53,177 nt of DNA from positions 1 to 53,177 of the forward strand of contig UROS01000001.1 in the NCBI GenBank assembly GCA_900549445.1, written 5' to 3'. The DNA is from an uncultured Porphyromonadaceae bacterium. Lineage in GTDB: Bacteria > Bacteroidota > Bacteroidia > Bacteroidales > Muribaculaceae. The notes beneath the pieces were generated by a model. That model was not told the DNA's origin, searched no databases, and saw nothing but the letters and a program-made list of their open reading frames with translations. The translations under genes and the position numbers were made by a program. Below, in pieces: positions 9,290 to 20,649 of this stretch. Position 1 is the stretch's first letter, and every line of letters begins with the position of its first letter.

Positions 9290-10261
9290 TTACAAAGATT
9301 CTGAAGGGGTGTTTCCGGAGGCGTCTGGTGAAGAGGGGTCGAGGTATTTGCCGCCGACTTTGATAGGCTCGATGTGGAGTCCGATGTAGGTGTTGGCGCC
9401 GAAGCGTTCGCGCAGTTTGTGCTCGATGCTTGAGGCGTGCTCGTGGGCGTGATAGAGGCTTATGTCGCCCGGAAGGCGGAGATGCATGGTGACGGCGATT
9501 CCGTTGCCTATGCGCCGGGTGCGGAGGTGGTGGATCTCGCATACTTCAGGTTCCTCTTCGGCGATCCGGATTATTTCTTTTTCAATCTCGTCGGGAAGGC
9601 TGCCTTCGGTAAGTTCGTCGACGGCCTGTTTCATGAGTTTCAGAGCGGCCGAGATGATGAAGAAGCTGACAATGACAGCGGCGATGGGGTCGAGTACGGT
9701 CCATCTGTGTCCTAAAAACAGTGCGCCGCCCACGCCGATTGTGGTTCCGATTGAGGAGAATGCGTCGGATCGGTGGTGCCAGGCATTCGCTACTACGGCC
9801 TGCGAGCCGGTTTCCTTGCCGGCTTTTACTGTGAAGCGGAACGCCCACTCCTTGAGGATGATGCTGAGCAGTGCCGCAGCAAAGGCTATGAATCCGGGGC
9901 GGGGTATGCCTTCGCCGGTGATGCATCGGTAGATTTTGCAGGCACCGTCGTAGCAGATGGCCACTCCGACTGCGAGCAGCATCAGTCCGATGATGGCGGT
10001 GGCGAGGGTTTCGTATTTCCCGTGACCGTAGTGGTGATCCTTGTCTTCGGGTTTTCCGGCAATTCTGACAAAAACGAGAACTACGATGTCGGTGAGGAAG
10101 TCGGAAAGTGAGTGGACGGCGTCGGCAATCAGGGCTGTGGAGTGGCCCAGGATGCCGGCAACGAATTTGAAAATGAGGAGCACTACGTTGACAAGGCTGC
10201 CCATCAGGGTGACGCGATAGATTTTTCGCTGTCGGTCGGAGCTGTTTCCGGTCTGTTGCAT
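9290..10261 (-). CDS. Cation diffusion facilitator (CDF, FieF-like) metal transporter
   Basis: ALIADAVHSLSD, HHYGHGKYE, AWHHRSD, six TM segments, C-terminal HIEP. Confidence 0.93.
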   Translation of the reverse strand: MQQTGNSSDRQRKIYRVTLMGSLVNVVLLIFKFVAGILGHSTALIADAVHSLSDFLTDIVVLVFVRIAGKPEDKDHHYGHGKYETLATAIIGLMLLAVGVAICYDGACKIYRCITGEGIPRPGFIAFAAALLSIILKEWAFRFTVKAGKETGSQAVVANAWHHRSDAFSSIGTTIGVGGALFLGHRWTVLDPIAAVIVSFFIISAALKLMKQAVDELTEGSLPDEIEKEIIRIAEEEPEVCEIHHLRTRRIGNGIAVTMHLRLPGDISLYHAHEHASSIEHKLRERFGANTYIGLHIEPIKVGGKYLDPSSPDASGNTPSESL

Positions 10262-10265
10262 AATG

Positions 10266-10865
10266 TCAGGTGTGTTTTACGAGAGAGGTTCCGGAAATGT
10301 CGGCGAGGCGCGAGGAGGTGTCGTCGAGCTGGTCGAGGGGGAGGGAAAGGGTGAGACGGCAGGTGTTGTCGAATTCCTGGGAAAGGATTTTTACTTCGAG
10401 TTTTTTCATGAGGCGCATAACGTCGTTCATGGCGAGGTATGGAAAAGTCACTGAGAGGGTGGTCATTTCCCTTCCCTCCACTATCTCCGCCGCCCCGATG
10501 GCCTGACGTGCGGCCTCTCGGTAGGCTGCGATGAGTCCGGAGGTACCGAGTTTTATGCCGCCGAAGTAGCGCACCACGGCGATGGCGACGTTGGTGAGCG
10601 AGAAGGAGTTGATCTGGCCGAGAATCGGTTTCCCGGCAGTGCCGGAGGGCTCTCCGTTGTCGGAGGACAGAAAAATCTTACGGTCGGCGCCGATCATGTA
10701 GGCCCAGCATACGTGGCGGGCGTCGTGATATTCGTTTGCCACGCGCGCAATCACCTCTTTCGCCTCTTCCGCGGAGCTTACGGGAAAGGCAAAAGCGAGG
10801 AAGCGGCTCATCTTTTCGCGGATGACCGCTTCCGAGGGGTTTTGTATGGTGAGAAAGCGCGCCAA
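10266..10865 (-). CDS. yigZ: YigZ/IMPACT family protein
   Basis: EKMSRF, DARHVCWAY, SDNGEPSGTAG, VVRYFGGIKLG; start placed at the TTG just after the queA stop. Confidence 0.9.
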   Translation of the reverse strand: MARFLTIQNPSEAVIREKMSRFLAFAFPVSSAEEAKEVIARVANEYHDARHVCWAYMIGADRKIFLSSDNGEPSGTAGKPILGQINSFSLTNVAIAVVRYFGGIKLGTSGLIAAYREAARQAIGAAEIVEGREMTTLSVTFPYLAMNDVMRLMKKLEVKILSQEFDNTCRLTLSLPLDQLDDTSSRLADISGTSLVKHT

Positions 10866-10866
10866 A

Positions 10867-11916
10867 TCAGATAATGAGCATGGCGTCGCCGTAAACACCG
10901 AAGCGGTATTTTTCCCTGACGGCTTCGTCGTAGGCTTTCATCACGAGGTCGTAGCCGCCGAATGCAGCCACCATCATGAGCATTGTCGAGTAGGGAAGGT
11001 GGAAGTTTGATACAAGGGCGTTGGCTACGGTGAATTCGTAGGGGGGGAAGATGAATTTGTTGGTCCAGCCGGTGTAGGTTTTCATGTGGCCGCCCATGGA
11101 GACGGCGCCGACGATTCCGCGGAGCACTGAGGTGCCGACGGCGCAGACCTTTCCGCCGGCGTCTTTAGTGGAATTCACGAGTTGTACGAGTTCTTCGCCG
11201 GCATTCATTTCCTCGGAGTCCATGCGGTGTTTGGTGAGGTCTTCAACGTCGATTTCGCGGTAGTTGCCGAGGCCGCTGTGGACGGTGAGGAATCCCTGCT
11301 TCACGCCTTTGATCTCAAGTCGCTTGAGAAGCTCGCGCGAGAAATGGAGACCGGCGGCAGGAACCACGACAGCGCCTTCGCGCGCGGCGAAGATTGTCTG
11401 GTAGCGCTCGGCATCCTCTGCCACGGGTTCGCGGCGGATGTAGTCGGGGAGGGGAGTGTTGCCGAGGCGGTAGAGGGCTTCCTTGAATTCGTCGTGTGGG
11501 CCGTCGTAGAGGAATCGGAGGGTGCGTCCGCGGGAGGTGGTGTTGTCGATTACCTCAGCCACCATCGACTCATCGTCGCCGAAATACAGTTTGTTGCCGA
11601 TGCGGATTTTGCGCGCGGGTTCCACGAGCACGTCCCAGAGTTTGTTTTCGGCGTTGAGTTCGCGCAGCAGGAATACTTCGATCCGGGCGCCGGTCTTTTC
11701 CTTGTTGCCGTAAAGCCGGGCGGGGAAAACCATGGTGTCGTTGAAAACCATGAGGTCGCCGTCGACGAAGTAGTTGATGATGTCTTTGAAAATATGGTGT
11801 TCAATCGAACCGTCGGCTCGGTTCACCACCATGAGCCGGGATTCGTCGCGCACGGGTACAGGATATTGCGCGATAAGGTCGTCGGGGAGATTGAATTTAA
11901 ACTGAGAAAGCTTCAT
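10867..11916 (-). CDS. queA: S-adenosylmethionine:tRNA ribosyltransferase-isomerase
   Basis: LIAQYP, SRLMV, PARLYG, YQTIFA, AGLHF, SNFHLP.ST, YRF..YGDAMLI. Confidence 0.96.
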   Translation of the reverse strand: MKLSQFKFNLPDDLIAQYPVPVRDESRLMVVNRADGSIEHHIFKDIINYFVDGDLMVFNDTMVFPARLYGNKEKTGARIEVFLLRELNAENKLWDVLVEPARKIRIGNKLYFGDDESMVAEVIDNTTSRGRTLRFLYDGPHDEFKEALYRLGNTPLPDYIRREPVAEDAERYQTIFAAREGAVVVPAAGLHFSRELLKRLEIKGVKQGFLTVHSGLGNYREIDVEDLTKHRMDSEEMNAGEELVQLVNSTKDAGGKVCAVGTSVLRGIVGAVSMGGHMKTYTGWTNKFIFPPYEFTVANALVSNFHLPYSTMLMMVAAFGGYDLVMKAYDEAVREKYRFGVYGDAMLII

Positions 11917-12638
11917 GATTTATGTTCGTAATTTTCGGGGAACGTAAGAGTGGTGTTGCGGATGAGTTCTACGGCGTTGTCGACGCTCAGGCACCGGTCG
12001 ATGGTGACGTCGCCCACGCGGGTGCGCCGCAGAGCGGTAAGGTGTGCGCCGGAGCCGAGCGCGATGCCGATGTCGCGTGCGAGGGCGCGGATGTAGGTTC
12101 CTTTGCTGCAGGTGACTGCGATTGTGATTTCGGGTACTTCCGGATTGAAATCCAGGAGCCGTATGCTGTCGATGACGAGTGTCTTCGGCTTGAGCTCTAC
12201 CTGCTGTCCTTTGCGCGCCATATTGTAGGCGCGCTTGCCGTCGATTTTGCAGGCGGAGAAAGCGGGTGGAATCTGCTGGATGGTTCCTGCGAACTGCGGG
12301 AGGGTCTTCTCAACGAGTCCGCGGGTGATATGGGCGGCCGGGTAGGTGGCGTCGATTTCGGTTTCGAGGTCGAACGAGGGGGTTGTGGCGCCGAGGCGTA
12401 TTGTGGCGGTGTATTCCTTCACTCCGGCCTGGAGGGAGTCGATGAGTTTGGTCGCACGTCCGGTCACGACTACCATCACGCCTGAAGCGAGAGGGTCGAG
12501 GGTGCCGGCGTGGCCTACCTTGAATTTTTTCAGCCCGAGACGGCGCAGCAGTGCGCCGCGCAGACGCTTGACCACGTCGAATGAGGTCCAGCCGAGCGGT
12601 TTGTCGACCGCAAGTATTTCGCCGGTTATGAAATCCAT
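11913..12638 (-). CDS. truB: tRNA pseudouridine(55) synthase
   Basis: [37 protein letters not shown]; start moved to MDFITGE. Confidence 0.96.
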   Translation of the reverse strand: MDFITGEILAVDKPLGWTSFDVVKRLRGALLRRLGLKKFKVGHAGTLDPLASGVMVVVTGRATKLIDSLQAGVKEYTATIRLGATTPSFDLETEIDATYPAAHITRGLVEKTLPQFAGTIQQIPPAFSACKIDGKRAYNMARKGQQVELKPKTLVIDSIRLLDFNPEVPEITIAVTCSKGTYIRALARDIGIALGSGAHLTALRRTRVGDVTIDRCLSVDNAVELIRNTTLTFPENYEHKS

Positions 12639-12639
12639 C

Positions 12640-13473
12640 TTACCAAAGGAGGCAAAGCACACCGGCTATTATGCAGTAGATTGAGAACCAGACGAGTTTC
12701 CCTTTCTTTACAAGCTCGATCATCCATTTGCAGGCAATGCAGCCGACTATGAATGAGGCGAGGAATCCGACGGTGAGGGGTATGGCTCCGACGGCGGCGG
12801 AACCCGCGGCTTCGCCACCGAGAAGATCCTTGAGTCCGAGGAGCGCTTCGCCGAGGATGGGTATGATTACCATGAAGAAGGAGAACTGCGCTATTTTGTC
12901 GCGTTTGTCGCCGAGCAGAAGTCCGGTGGCTATCGTGGTGCCAGATCGGCTGAGCCCGGGGAGTACGGCCACGGCCTGTGCGCATCCTATAATAAAGGCG
13001 TCGAGCCAGGTGATGCTGTGGGAGCGGCTTTTCTTGCCTTCGGCCAGCGTCTCATCGTCGGGGCGGGTGCGGAAGAAGTAGGCGAAGGCGAGCAGTGCGG
13101 CGGTGACGAGAAGGCATATACCGACCACGGTCAGTCCGTTGCCGAAAAATGACTCTACGGTATCCTTGAAGAAGAGACCGACGATAGCCACGGGAATGCA
13201 GGAGAGGAGGATTTTACAAACGTAGAAGAAATTGTCGTCGCGCGCCACGGTGAAAAACGATTTGCAGAGCGGCAGGAACTCGCGCCAGAGCACCACGATA
13301 GTGCTGAGCACGGTGGCTACGTGGAGCATGACGTCGAATTCGAGCGCGTCGGCGCCTTCGAGTTTCAGACCGAGGATTTCGCGACAAATCTCAAGATGGC
13401 CGCTGCTGCTTATGGGCAGATATTCGGCGAGCCCCTGAACAATGCCCAGAATAAGGGCGTCTAACCAATCCAT
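12640..13473 (-). CDS. uppP: Undecaprenyl-diphosphatase (BacA)
   Basis: GIVQGLAEYLPISSSGH and PGLSRSGTT motifs; multiple TM helices. Confidence 0.96.
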   Translation of the reverse strand: MDWLDALILGIVQGLAEYLPISSSGHLEICREILGLKLEGADALEFDVMLHVATVLSTIVVLWREFLPLCKSFFTVARDDNFFYVCKILLSCIPVAIVGLFFKDTVESFFGNGLTVVGICLLVTAALLAFAYFFRTRPDDETLAEGKKSRSHSITWLDAFIIGCAQAVAVLPGLSRSGTTIATGLLLGDKRDKIAQFSFFMVIIPILGEALLGLKDLLGGEAAGSAAVGAIPLTVGFLASFIVGCIACKWMIELVKKGKLVWFSIYCIIAGVLCLLW

Positions 13474-13515
13474 AATTGTTTACCTGTTGGAATTTTTATA
13501 ATACGAACCTTTTAC

Positions 13516-13806
13516 TTATTTATCGCCGGAGGGTTTTGCGCGCCACATGATGGCGACTCCCATAAAGATGAAGCCGAGAAACGCGAGGGTCGGACCGATC
13601 ACGATGCGACGCACCGAGAAGATGCCGGGGTCGAAGGCGGAGGTGGTGGAGCTTGAACCGGCCATCAGGAGGAATCCGATTATGATAACTGCGCCTGCTA
13701 TGGCCATGAGAATGAAGTTTGTTCTGACCAGAGGCATTTCACTCCGGCTCTGGGGTTCGAGCACGGTGCGGGGTTTCGCTCCGGAGTTTGATTTAGACTG
13801 AGCCAT
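13516..13806 (-). CDS. DUF3098-like two-TM membrane protein
   Basis: NFILM..GFLLM.G...IFS.RRI.IGP; conserved Bacteroidetes position between ftsX and uppP. Confidence 0.8.
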   Translation of the reverse strand: MAQSKSNSGAKPRTVLEPQSRSEMPLVRTNFILMAIAGAVIIIGFLLMAGSSSTTSAFDPGIFSVRRIVIGPTLAFLGFIFMGVAIMWRAKPSGDK

Positions 13807-13830
13807 TTATAAAGATTAATTCGTTTCGGA

Positions 13831-14709
13831 TTATTTGAACATATCGTCGTAGCTGCGGCTGAGATACCGGTTGGTTGCCGAGAGTGCCGCTATAAAGCAT
13901 ATTATGACGCCTGCGAGAATCATTGCCGCAAAAACAAGGGCGGCGACAGCGGGGGATATCGCTTCTGACACGACAGGGTCGACCGATGCGGCGTAGTAGA
14001 GCATCGCTCCTACGATCAGCGAAGCAATCAGACCAGCCACAAGACCGTTGATCATGTTTGCCGTAAGAAACGGACGCCGTATGAAGCCGTCGGTCGCACC
14101 TACGAGCTTCATGGTGCTTATGGTGAAGCGGCGGGAGTAGATTGACAGCCGGATGGTGTTGAAAATCAATACGAAGGAAATCACAAGCAGCATAGCCGCC
14201 ACAATGAGCATGGTGAGCGTGACCGATTTTATGGTTGCTATAACGCGGGTGTTGAGTTCGTTGTTGATTTTCACTTCGGCAATTTCGGGACGCAGGGCGA
14301 GGGGCGCCACGATGGCGTCGAGACTGTCGGTGGATGCGTAAATCGGATCGACCCTGACATCCATTTCCGGGAAAAAGGGGTTGACGCCGGCGAGAAGTTC
14401 AATGTTTTCGTCGTCGCCTATCATCTGCTGCCAGCGCTCGAGCACCGCTTGGGGCGAGGAATATTCGACTTTGCGGGTAGAAGGTGACGCTTCGATCAGT
14501 TTCTTTACGTTTTCAATCTGCGAGGCGGTGAGATCGTCGTTGAGCACTACCACGTAGCCTATGTTTTCCTTGATTTTGCCGGTGAAATTTCCGGCGATAA
14601 TCCCGAGCATTGCGGCGATACCGAGAATGAGCAGCACGAGCGCAACGGAGGCTGTGGCCGTGGCGCGTGTGCTGAACAGGGGTATGCTGTGATGTCGCTT
14701 TCTCTCCAT
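13831..14709 (-). CDS. ftsX: Cell division permease-like protein FtsX
   Basis: Four-TM layout; NTIRLSIYSRRF.I.TMKLVGAT..FIRRPFL motif. Confidence 0.93.
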   Translation of the reverse strand: MERKRHHSIPLFSTRATATASVALVLLILGIAAMLGIIAGNFTGKIKENIGYVVVLNDDLTASQIENVKKLIEASPSTRKVEYSSPQAVLERWQQMIGDDENIELLAGVNPFFPEMDVRVDPIYASTDSLDAIVAPLALRPEIAEVKINNELNTRVIATIKSVTLTMLIVAAMLLVISFVLIFNTIRLSIYSRRFTISTMKLVGATDGFIRRPFLTANMINGLVAGLIASLIVGAMLYYAASVDPVVSEAISPAVAALVFAAMILAGVIICFIAALSATNRYLSRSYDDMFK

Positions 14710-14812
14710 ATTATCAAATATTCCGCAAAATTAACACATTTAAAACCCCTTGTCAATAGAACGGAGTATAAAAATTATTAAGAGAGAAGAATAAGGAGTC
14801 CGGGGATTAGCG

Positions 14813-15583
14813 TTATTGGCGTGAAAGGATATCGCGGATAACGAGAGAGGCGAGGGTGAAGCCGAATATGGCTGTGATGTGGACGAGGGCGCCGTTAGTG
14901 GCGACTTTGCCGAAGTTCATGGCTCCTGTAGGGTCGCCCAGGGCTGCGGCCTCAGGGTCGTTGCGAAGCAGTTCGGGGGAGTAGACGCATTTGAATTTGC
15001 GGTGCGGGAATAAGCCTGATTTTTTGAAGCGGCGGCGCAGGGCTGCGGCGAGGGGGCATCCTGTCACTTTCCAGAATTCGGTCACGCCGATGCGCGATGG
15101 ATCCATTTTCAGAGCTGCACCCATGGATGAGAATAATTTCACACCCGGACCGGCCGAAGTGGCGTTGAGTATCAGCAGTGCTTTGTCGGCGAGCGAGTCG
15201 ATAGCGTCGATCACGTAGTCGTAGGCGCAGAGGTCGAACTGCGGAGCGGTCAACTCATTATAGAGCGTATGGACGGCGGTTACGGATGCGCCGGGGTTTA
15301 TGTCGAGCAGCCGGCGGCGCACGACTTCGGTTTTCGGCTGCCCGAGGGTGGAAGAAAGCGCGGGCATCTGGCGGTTGACGTTGGACAGAGCTACGGTGTC
15401 GGCGTCGACGATGGTGATGTCGGAAGCGCCGGTGCGGGCGAGTGCCTCAGCGGCCCAGGATCCGACTCCGCCTACTCCGAATATGATTATGCGGGCGCGC
15501 GAGATGGCGTCGAGACCGCCGGATCCGGTAAGGAGCGCGGTGCGATTGAAGCGGCCTGCTGAGTCAGGAGGGACGGCTGCCAT
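14813..15583 (-). CDS. tcdA: tRNA threonylcarbamoyladenosine dehydratase (ThiF family)
   Basis: GVGGVGS, DADTV..SNVNRQ, YDYVIDAID, SSMGAA, CPLA. Confidence 0.88.
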   Translation of the reverse strand: MAAVPPDSAGRFNRTALLTGSGGLDAISRARIIIFGVGGVGSWAAEALARTGASDITIVDADTVALSNVNRQMPALSSTLGQPKTEVVRRRLLDINPGASVTAVHTLYNELTAPQFDLCAYDYVIDAIDSLADKALLILNATSAGPGVKLFSSMGAALKMDPSRIGVTEFWKVTGCPLAAALRRRFKKSGLFPHRKFKCVYSPELLRNDPEAAALGDPTGAMNFGKVATNGALVHITAIFGFTLASLVIRDILSRQ

Positions 15584-16001
15584 CGGATGCTAATTCAGTG
15601 TCGAAATCATTGAAAGCGGCGTTGTCGTCGCGACATAAATCCTCGGGTTCCTGCTGCTCGCCGCTGATCATCATGCGCACGCGGTCGAGGAATGAGAGCT
15701 GCTCGTCTTTTATGTTTATGTAGATTTCGTCGGAAGCTTTGCTGAGGAAAATGATCGAGGAATGGAGCACAATCGCAATCTGATCGTGGAACTCCACAAT
15801 CTCGTTGATATGGCGGAGAGCTATGGTGGAAAATGGCGAGCGCGGATCGATGCTGCCTATGTAGAGGTTTTCTTCGTCGATTACAAGCCCGTGGTTGTCG
15901 GCAGTATGCTCGAAGAGTATGCTGAAAGGGAGATCGTCGATGGATTTCGGCGGCTTGCGGTACTGCTTGTATAAGGCATCAATTATTTTCTTTGTTACCA
16001 T
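15564..16001 (-). CDS. Hypothetical protein
   Basis: 145-aa ORF with AT-rich upstream region, overlapping the tcdA start; no recognised motif. Confidence 0.75.
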   Translation of the reverse strand: MVTKKIIDALYKQYRKPPKSIDDLPFSILFEHTADNHGLVIDEENLYIGSIDPRSPFSTIALRHINEIVEFHDQIAIVLHSSIIFLSKASDEIYINIKDEQLSFLDRVRMMISGEQQEPEDLCRDDNAAFNDFDTELASDGSRPS

Positions 16002-16400
16002 AATAATGTCGTTAATCTGAAGTTTTTTCAGGTGTGGTCAGGGGGGAGAGCTCCTGAAGTCATGGCTGACGCAACGGGCGGGAGTAGTGGGAACAGAAGC
16101 GGTTAAAGAGGTGATCAGCTGTTCGCGTCGGTCTATAAAATCAACAATAAAAATAAAAGAAATGTTCAAAAATATTGTTGCAACGTTAATTTATATGTAA
16201 TAATGTGGCGGATTAACGAAATAATCTGACGTCGGTAGGATAGTGGTAAGTAACTCTTGAAAATTAATTTATACTTGATGCGAGATTTTTACCGAAATAA
16301 AGCCGCAGGAAGTATAAAAGTATCCCGGAGTTGCTTTGTGAAAAACTTATTACGTTTAATTTTTATGAGTTACTTATAGTAGATAAAAGCGAATAAAATC

Positions 16401-16441
16401 TGAAACCGCCCCGACCGGGCTAACGGGGCGGGGCGGTTTCA
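16401..16441. terminator. Hairpin terminator after the decarboxylase operon
   Basis: TGAAACCGCCCCG...CGGGGCGGTTTCA inverted repeat 12 nt past the beta-subunit stop. Confidence 0.7.
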
Positions 16442-16453
16442 GGGATGTTGTTA

Positions 16454-17611
16454 TCAGGCGAGGAATCCGAGGAGGACGCCGGCAGCCACGGCCGAGCCGA
16501 TTACACCCGCAACGTTGGGGCCCATGGCATGCATGAGCAGGTAGTTGGAGGGGTCGTACTCAAGACCGAGATTGTTGGATATACGCGCCGACATGGGCAC
16601 TGCCGAAACACCGGCGTTACCGATAAGCGGGTTGATTTTCTTCGACTTGGGAAGAACGAGGTTGAAGATCTTCACGAAGAGCACACCCGAGGTCGATGCG
16701 ATGATAAACGCCATAAAGCCGAGCAGGAAGATGCGTATGGTCTCCGAGGTGAGGAATTCGGAAGCTTGCGTGGATGCGCCCACGGTCATGCCGAGGAGAA
16801 TCGTCACGATGTCGGTGAGGGCGTTGGATGCGGTTTTGGCCAGACGGTTTGTGACGCCGCATTCGCGCAGGAGGTTGCCGAAGAAGAGCATGCCGAGCAG
16901 CGGAATGCCGGAGGGAACCACGAAGCAGGTGAGAATCATGCCCACGATGGGGAAGATGATTTTCTCGTTCTGCGACACGGCGCGGGCCGGTTTCATCTTT
17001 ATGAGACGCTCGTTTTTGGTTGTGAGCAGGCGCATGATCGGGGGCTGGATAACCGGCACGAGAGCCATGTAAGAATAGGCCGACACTGCGATGGCGCCCA
17101 TCAGGTTGGGAGCGAGTTTGGATGAAAGGAATATGGCGGTGGGGCCGTCGGCGCCGCCGATAATGGCGATAGCGCCGGCCTGATCGGGAGCGAAGCCGAG
17201 CAGGAGAGCCACCATGTAGGCGCCGAAGATGCCGAACTGGGCTGCGGCGCCGATGAGCATGAGTTTGGGGTTGGCTATAAGGGCGGAGAAGTCGGTCATG
17301 GCGCCGATGCCGAGGAAGATGAGGGGCGGGTACCATCCGGCGCTCACGCCGTTGTAGAGGATATTGAGAACTGAGCCTTCTTCATATATTCCCACTTCGA
17401 GACCGGCGGAGGTGTTGAAGGGGATATTGCCGATAAGGATACCGAAACCGATGGGCACGAGGAGCATCGGCTCGAAATTCTTCTTAATGGCAAGCCAGAT
17501 GAAGAAAAGACCAACGCAGAGCATCACGAGATGCTCCCAGGTGCAGTTATAGAAACCTGTGAGGTGCCAGAACTGCTGAAGATTCTGAAGAATGAAATCG
17601 CCGAAAGTCAT
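16454..17611 (-). CDS. mmdB: Na+-translocating methylmalonyl-CoA decarboxylase beta subunit (OadB/MmdB family)
   Basis: FEPMLLVPIGFG, IIGGADGPT, GVSAVPMSAR, HAMGPNVAGVIGS. Confidence 0.93.
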   Translation of the reverse strand: MTFGDFILQNLQQFWHLTGFYNCTWEHLVMLCVGLFFIWLAIKKNFEPMLLVPIGFGILIGNIPFNTSAGLEVGIYEEGSVLNILYNGVSAGWYPPLIFLGIGAMTDFSALIANPKLMLIGAAAQFGIFGAYMVALLLGFAPDQAGAIAIIGGADGPTAIFLSSKLAPNLMGAIAVSAYSYMALVPVIQPPIMRLLTTKNERLIKMKPARAVSQNEKIIFPIVGMILTCFVVPSGIPLLGMLFFGNLLRECGVTNRLAKTASNALTDIVTILLGMTVGASTQASEFLTSETIRIFLLGFMAFIIASTSGVLFVKIFNLVLPKSKKINPLIGNAGVSAVPMSARISNNLGLEYDPSNYLLMHAMGPNVAGVIGSAVAAGVLLGFLA

Positions 17612-17647
17612 GTTGTTCAAATGTTGAATAGGTTAGACATCGGGATT

Positions 17648-18088
17648 TCAGTCGATAGTCAGAATCGTAGCGCCTTCAAGAACCGGGTCACCGGGGTTAA
17701 CACTGATGGCAGCCACTTTGCCGTCGCGACCGGCGTGGATTGCGTTTTCCATCTTCATTGCCTCGAGAACGGCAACAGTGTCGGATGCCTTTACGGTGTC
17801 GCCGACCTTGACCGCAATCGAGACCACGGTTCCGGGCAGAGGCGCCTGCACGGCGTAGGCACCGGCAGCGGGAACGGATGCCTTGGCAATTACCTTTTCG
17901 CCCGACTGGGTGCGGGGAGCGGCCGACGGACGGGGAGCGTTGACGATGGTGACGGGTTTGGCTGTCTTGTCGAGCTCCACGCGGTAGGGGACGCCGTTGA
18001 CTTCAACCTGCGCCATGCCGTTGTCGATGTCGCCTATGGCAACCTTGTAGGTGTTGCCGTTGATTTTGTATTTATATTCTTTTTTCAT
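17648..18088 (-). CDS. mmdC: Biotin carboxyl carrier subunit
   Basis: EAMKM biotinylation motif after an Ala/Pro-rich linker. Confidence 0.93.
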   Translation of the reverse strand: MKKEYKYKINGNTYKVAIGDIDNGMAQVEVNGVPYRVELDKTAKPVTIVNAPRPSAAPRTQSGEKVIAKASVPAAGAYAVQAPLPGTVVSIAVKVGDTVKASDTVAVLEAMKMENAIHAGRDGKVAAISVNPGDPVLEGATILTID

Positions 18089-18127
18089 TTCTGAATTTTC
18101 TGATTAAGTTGGTTGAACGATTGGGGG

Positions 18128-19048
18128 TTAGCGGTGGGGAAGTTCGCGGAGACCGTAGATCTTGGAGCTCCAGGGCGAGTAGGCGCGGCGCACCTTGTTG
18201 ATTGTGAGCACGGTGCTTTCGCGGTCGTGGGCGTCGAGATGCTCATGGAGTGCCATTGCGATAGCCGCAATCACTTCGCCGGAGTCCTGTTCCTGCGATT
18301 CGGCGTGGTGTTCGGTGCCGGCAGCCGCAGCAGTCTTGGCTTTGTTCGACTTCGAGACGCGGGCGCCTATGATGCTGATGATCTTGAAGCAGATGCTGAG
18401 GAGCAGCAGCGCGCTGAACACGATACACATGGCCATTATGGCCATACCGAAGCCGTTTTCGTCCTGTTCGGAGAAGGTGCGTACTTTTTCGTTGGTGTCT
18501 TTGATGATGTTGTTGCTCGAGGGGGTGACGTAGAGATGGTCGGAGCCGTCGCGCACCTCCCATGCATCGGGGTCGGTGCCGCCTTCGCCGTCGACTTTGC
18601 GGGCATAGGACTGCCCTGGCTTGAGCGATGCGGGAACTACAACCTCGTCGATGAGGGTAAGGCCGTTGGCATCGTAGATGGCGATGTAGTTGTCCTTGCC
18701 GGGCTCGAGGGTGAAACTGGTGTGGAAAGTACCCTTGTTAGGCTCGCCGTCGGCCCAGAAGAGCACGTGCTGGCGGGCGGGAATCTCGGTGTTGACGTCG
18801 CCGAGAGGCACAGGATATTTCGTATTGTTCGTCTTGTCGTCGGTAAGATATACGCTCGATATTTCGAGGGGGCCGAAGGTTGAATTGAAGAGTTCTATCC
18901 AGGCGTGGTGGCGTCCGAAGTCGTCGACCACGCTGGAGTCGTTTTCAACCATCACTTCGTTGATGCGCAGACCGCGCCGGCCCTGGGCCGACACAGCAGT
19001 AACGCAGGCCATCACGACAACAAGCAGCAGAAATATTTTCTTTTTCAA
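18128..19048 (-). CDS. OadG/MmdD-type decarboxylase anchor subunit with periplasmic lamin-tail-like domain
   Basis: Signal peptide; INEVM..WIELFN (lamin-tail-like); TM helix MCIVFSALLLL; C-terminal VIAAIAMAL...SPW; operon position. Confidence 0.82.
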   Translation of the reverse strand: MKKKIFLLLVVVMACVTAVSAQGRRGLRINEVMVENDSSVVDDFGRHHAWIELFNSTFGPLEISSVYLTDDKTNNTKYPVPLGDVNTEIPARQHVLFWADGEPNKGTFHTSFTLEPGKDNYIAIYDANGLTLIDEVVVPASLKPGQSYARKVDGEGGTDPDAWEVRDGSDHLYVTPSSNNIIKDTNEKVRTFSEQDENGFGMAIMAMCIVFSALLLLSICFKIISIIGARVSKSNKAKTAAAAGTEHHAESQEQDSGEVIAAIAMALHEHLDAHDRESTVLTINKVRRAYSPWSSKIYGLRELPHR

Positions 19049-19095
19049 AACTTGTCGGTATTAAAGTGTTGGTAAATAGGTGTTGACGCCGTGGT

Positions 19096-20649
19096 TTAGA
19101 GCGGAATGTTGCCGTGCTTTTTGGCGGGATTGGTCACTTTCTTGGTGGCGAGCTGCTGCAGAGCGCGGATAATGCGGAAACGGGTGTTGCGCGGCTCGAT
19201 CACGTCGTCGATATAGCCGTAGCGTGCGGCGTTGTAGGGGTTGCAGAAGAGTTTGTTGTACTCCTCTTTCTTCTCTGCGAGGAATGCCTTGGGATCGGGA
19301 GCTTCCTTGGCTTCGCGGGCGTAGAGCACCTCTACGGCGCCGTCGGCGCCCATCACGGCGATTTCGGCGGTAGGCCATGCGTAGTTCATGTCGCCGCGGA
19401 GCTGCTTGCAGCTCATCACGATGTGGCTGCCGCCGTAGCTCTTTCGGAGTGTCACGGTTACCTTGGGCACGGTGGCTTCGCCGTAGGCGTAGAGCAGCTT
19501 GGCGCCGTGGAGGATCACGCCGTTGTATTCCTGGCCGGTTCCGGGAAGGAAGCCGGGGACGTCGACGAGAGTTACCAGAGGAATGTTGAAGGCGTCGCAG
19601 AAACGGACGAAGCGTGCGCCCTTGCGCGAGGCGTTGCTGTCGAGCACGCCGGCGAGGAATTTGGGCTGGTTTGCCACGATGCCTACGGCCTGGCCGTTGA
19701 AGCGGGCGAAGCCGATGATGATGTTCTTTGCGAAATCGCGCTGAATTTCAAGGAATTCGCCGTTGTCAATTATAGCGCCGATAACCTCATACATGTCGTA
19801 GGGGCGGTTGGCGGAATCGGGAATTATTTCGTTGAGGGAGTCCTCGAGGCGGTCGATGGGGTCGTTGCACTCAACCAGCGGCGGCTCCTCAAGGTTGTTC
19901 TGGGGAATGTAGCTGAAGAGTTTGCGGATGATCTTCAGGGCTTCTTCGCCGTCTTCGGCAGCGAAGTGAGCCACGCCGCTCTTCTGCGAGTGAACCTGTG
20001 CGCCGCCGAGGGCTTCCTGGGTTACGTCTTCGCCGGTTACGGTCTTCACGACCTTCGGGCCGGTGAGGAACATGTAGGAAATGCCCTTGGTCATGATGGT
20101 GAAGTCGGTGAGGGCGGGGGAGTAGACGGCTCCGCCGGCACACGGGCCGAGTATGCCCGAAATCTGGGGAATCACGCCGGAAGCGAGAATGTTGCGCTGG
20201 AAGATCTCGGCGTAGCCTGCGAGGGCGTTGATGCCCTCCTGGATGCGGGCACCGCCCGAGTCGTTGAGGCCGATGACGGGAGCACCCATCTTCATGGCCA
20301 TATCCATGATCTTGCAGATCTTCAGAGCCATGGTCTCGCTGAGCGAGCCGCCGAAAACGGTGAAGTCCTGGGCGAACACGTAGACGAGGCGGCCGTCGAT
20401 TGTACCGTAGCCGGTGACCACGCCGTCGCCGAGGTAGCTTTTCTTCTCCTGGCCGAAGTTGTGGCAGCGGTGGCGCACAAACATGTCGATTTCCTCGAAG
20501 GAACCCTCGTCGAGCAGCTGTGCAATGCGTTCGCGGGCGGTGTATTTACCTTTGTCGTGCTGTTTCTGGATAGCCTTTTCGCCTCCACCGAGGCGGGCTT
20601 CTTCGCGCAGAGCAATAAGCTCTCTTACTTTTTCAAGTTGGTTACTCAT
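19096..20649 (-). CDS. mmdA: Methylmalonyl-CoA decarboxylase alpha (carboxyltransferase) subunit
   Basis: [42 protein letters not shown]. Confidence 0.94.
   Translation of the reverse strand: MSNQLEKVRELIALREEARLGGGEKAIQKQHDKGKYTARERIAQLLDEGSFEEIDMFVRHRCHNFGQEKKSYLGDGVVTGYGTIDGRLVYVFAQDFTVFGGSLSETMALKICKIMDMAMKMGAPVIGLNDSGGARIQEGINALAGYAEIFQRNILASGVIPQISGILGPCAGGAVYSPALTDFTIMTKGISYMFLTGPKVVKTVTGEDVTQEALGGAQVHSQKSGVAHFAAEDGEEALKIIRKLFSYIPQNNLEEPPLVECNDPIDRLEDSLNEIIPDSANRPYDMYEVIGAIIDNGEFLEIQRDFAKNIIIGFARFNGQAVGIVANQPKFLAGVLDSNASRKGARFVRFCDAFNIPLVTLVDVPGFLPGTGQEYNGVILHGAKLLYAYGEATVPKVTVTLRKSYGGSHIVMSCKQLRGDMNYAWPTAEIAVMGADGAVEVLYAREAKEAPDPKAFLAEKKEEYNKLFCNPYNAARYGYIDDVIEPRNTRFRIIRALQQLATKKVTNPAKKHGNIPL

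Noticed and set aside
16002..16400. 400-bp AT-rich intergenic region
   Set aside because: No ORF, repeat array or convincing RNA structure seen; likely promoter DNA.
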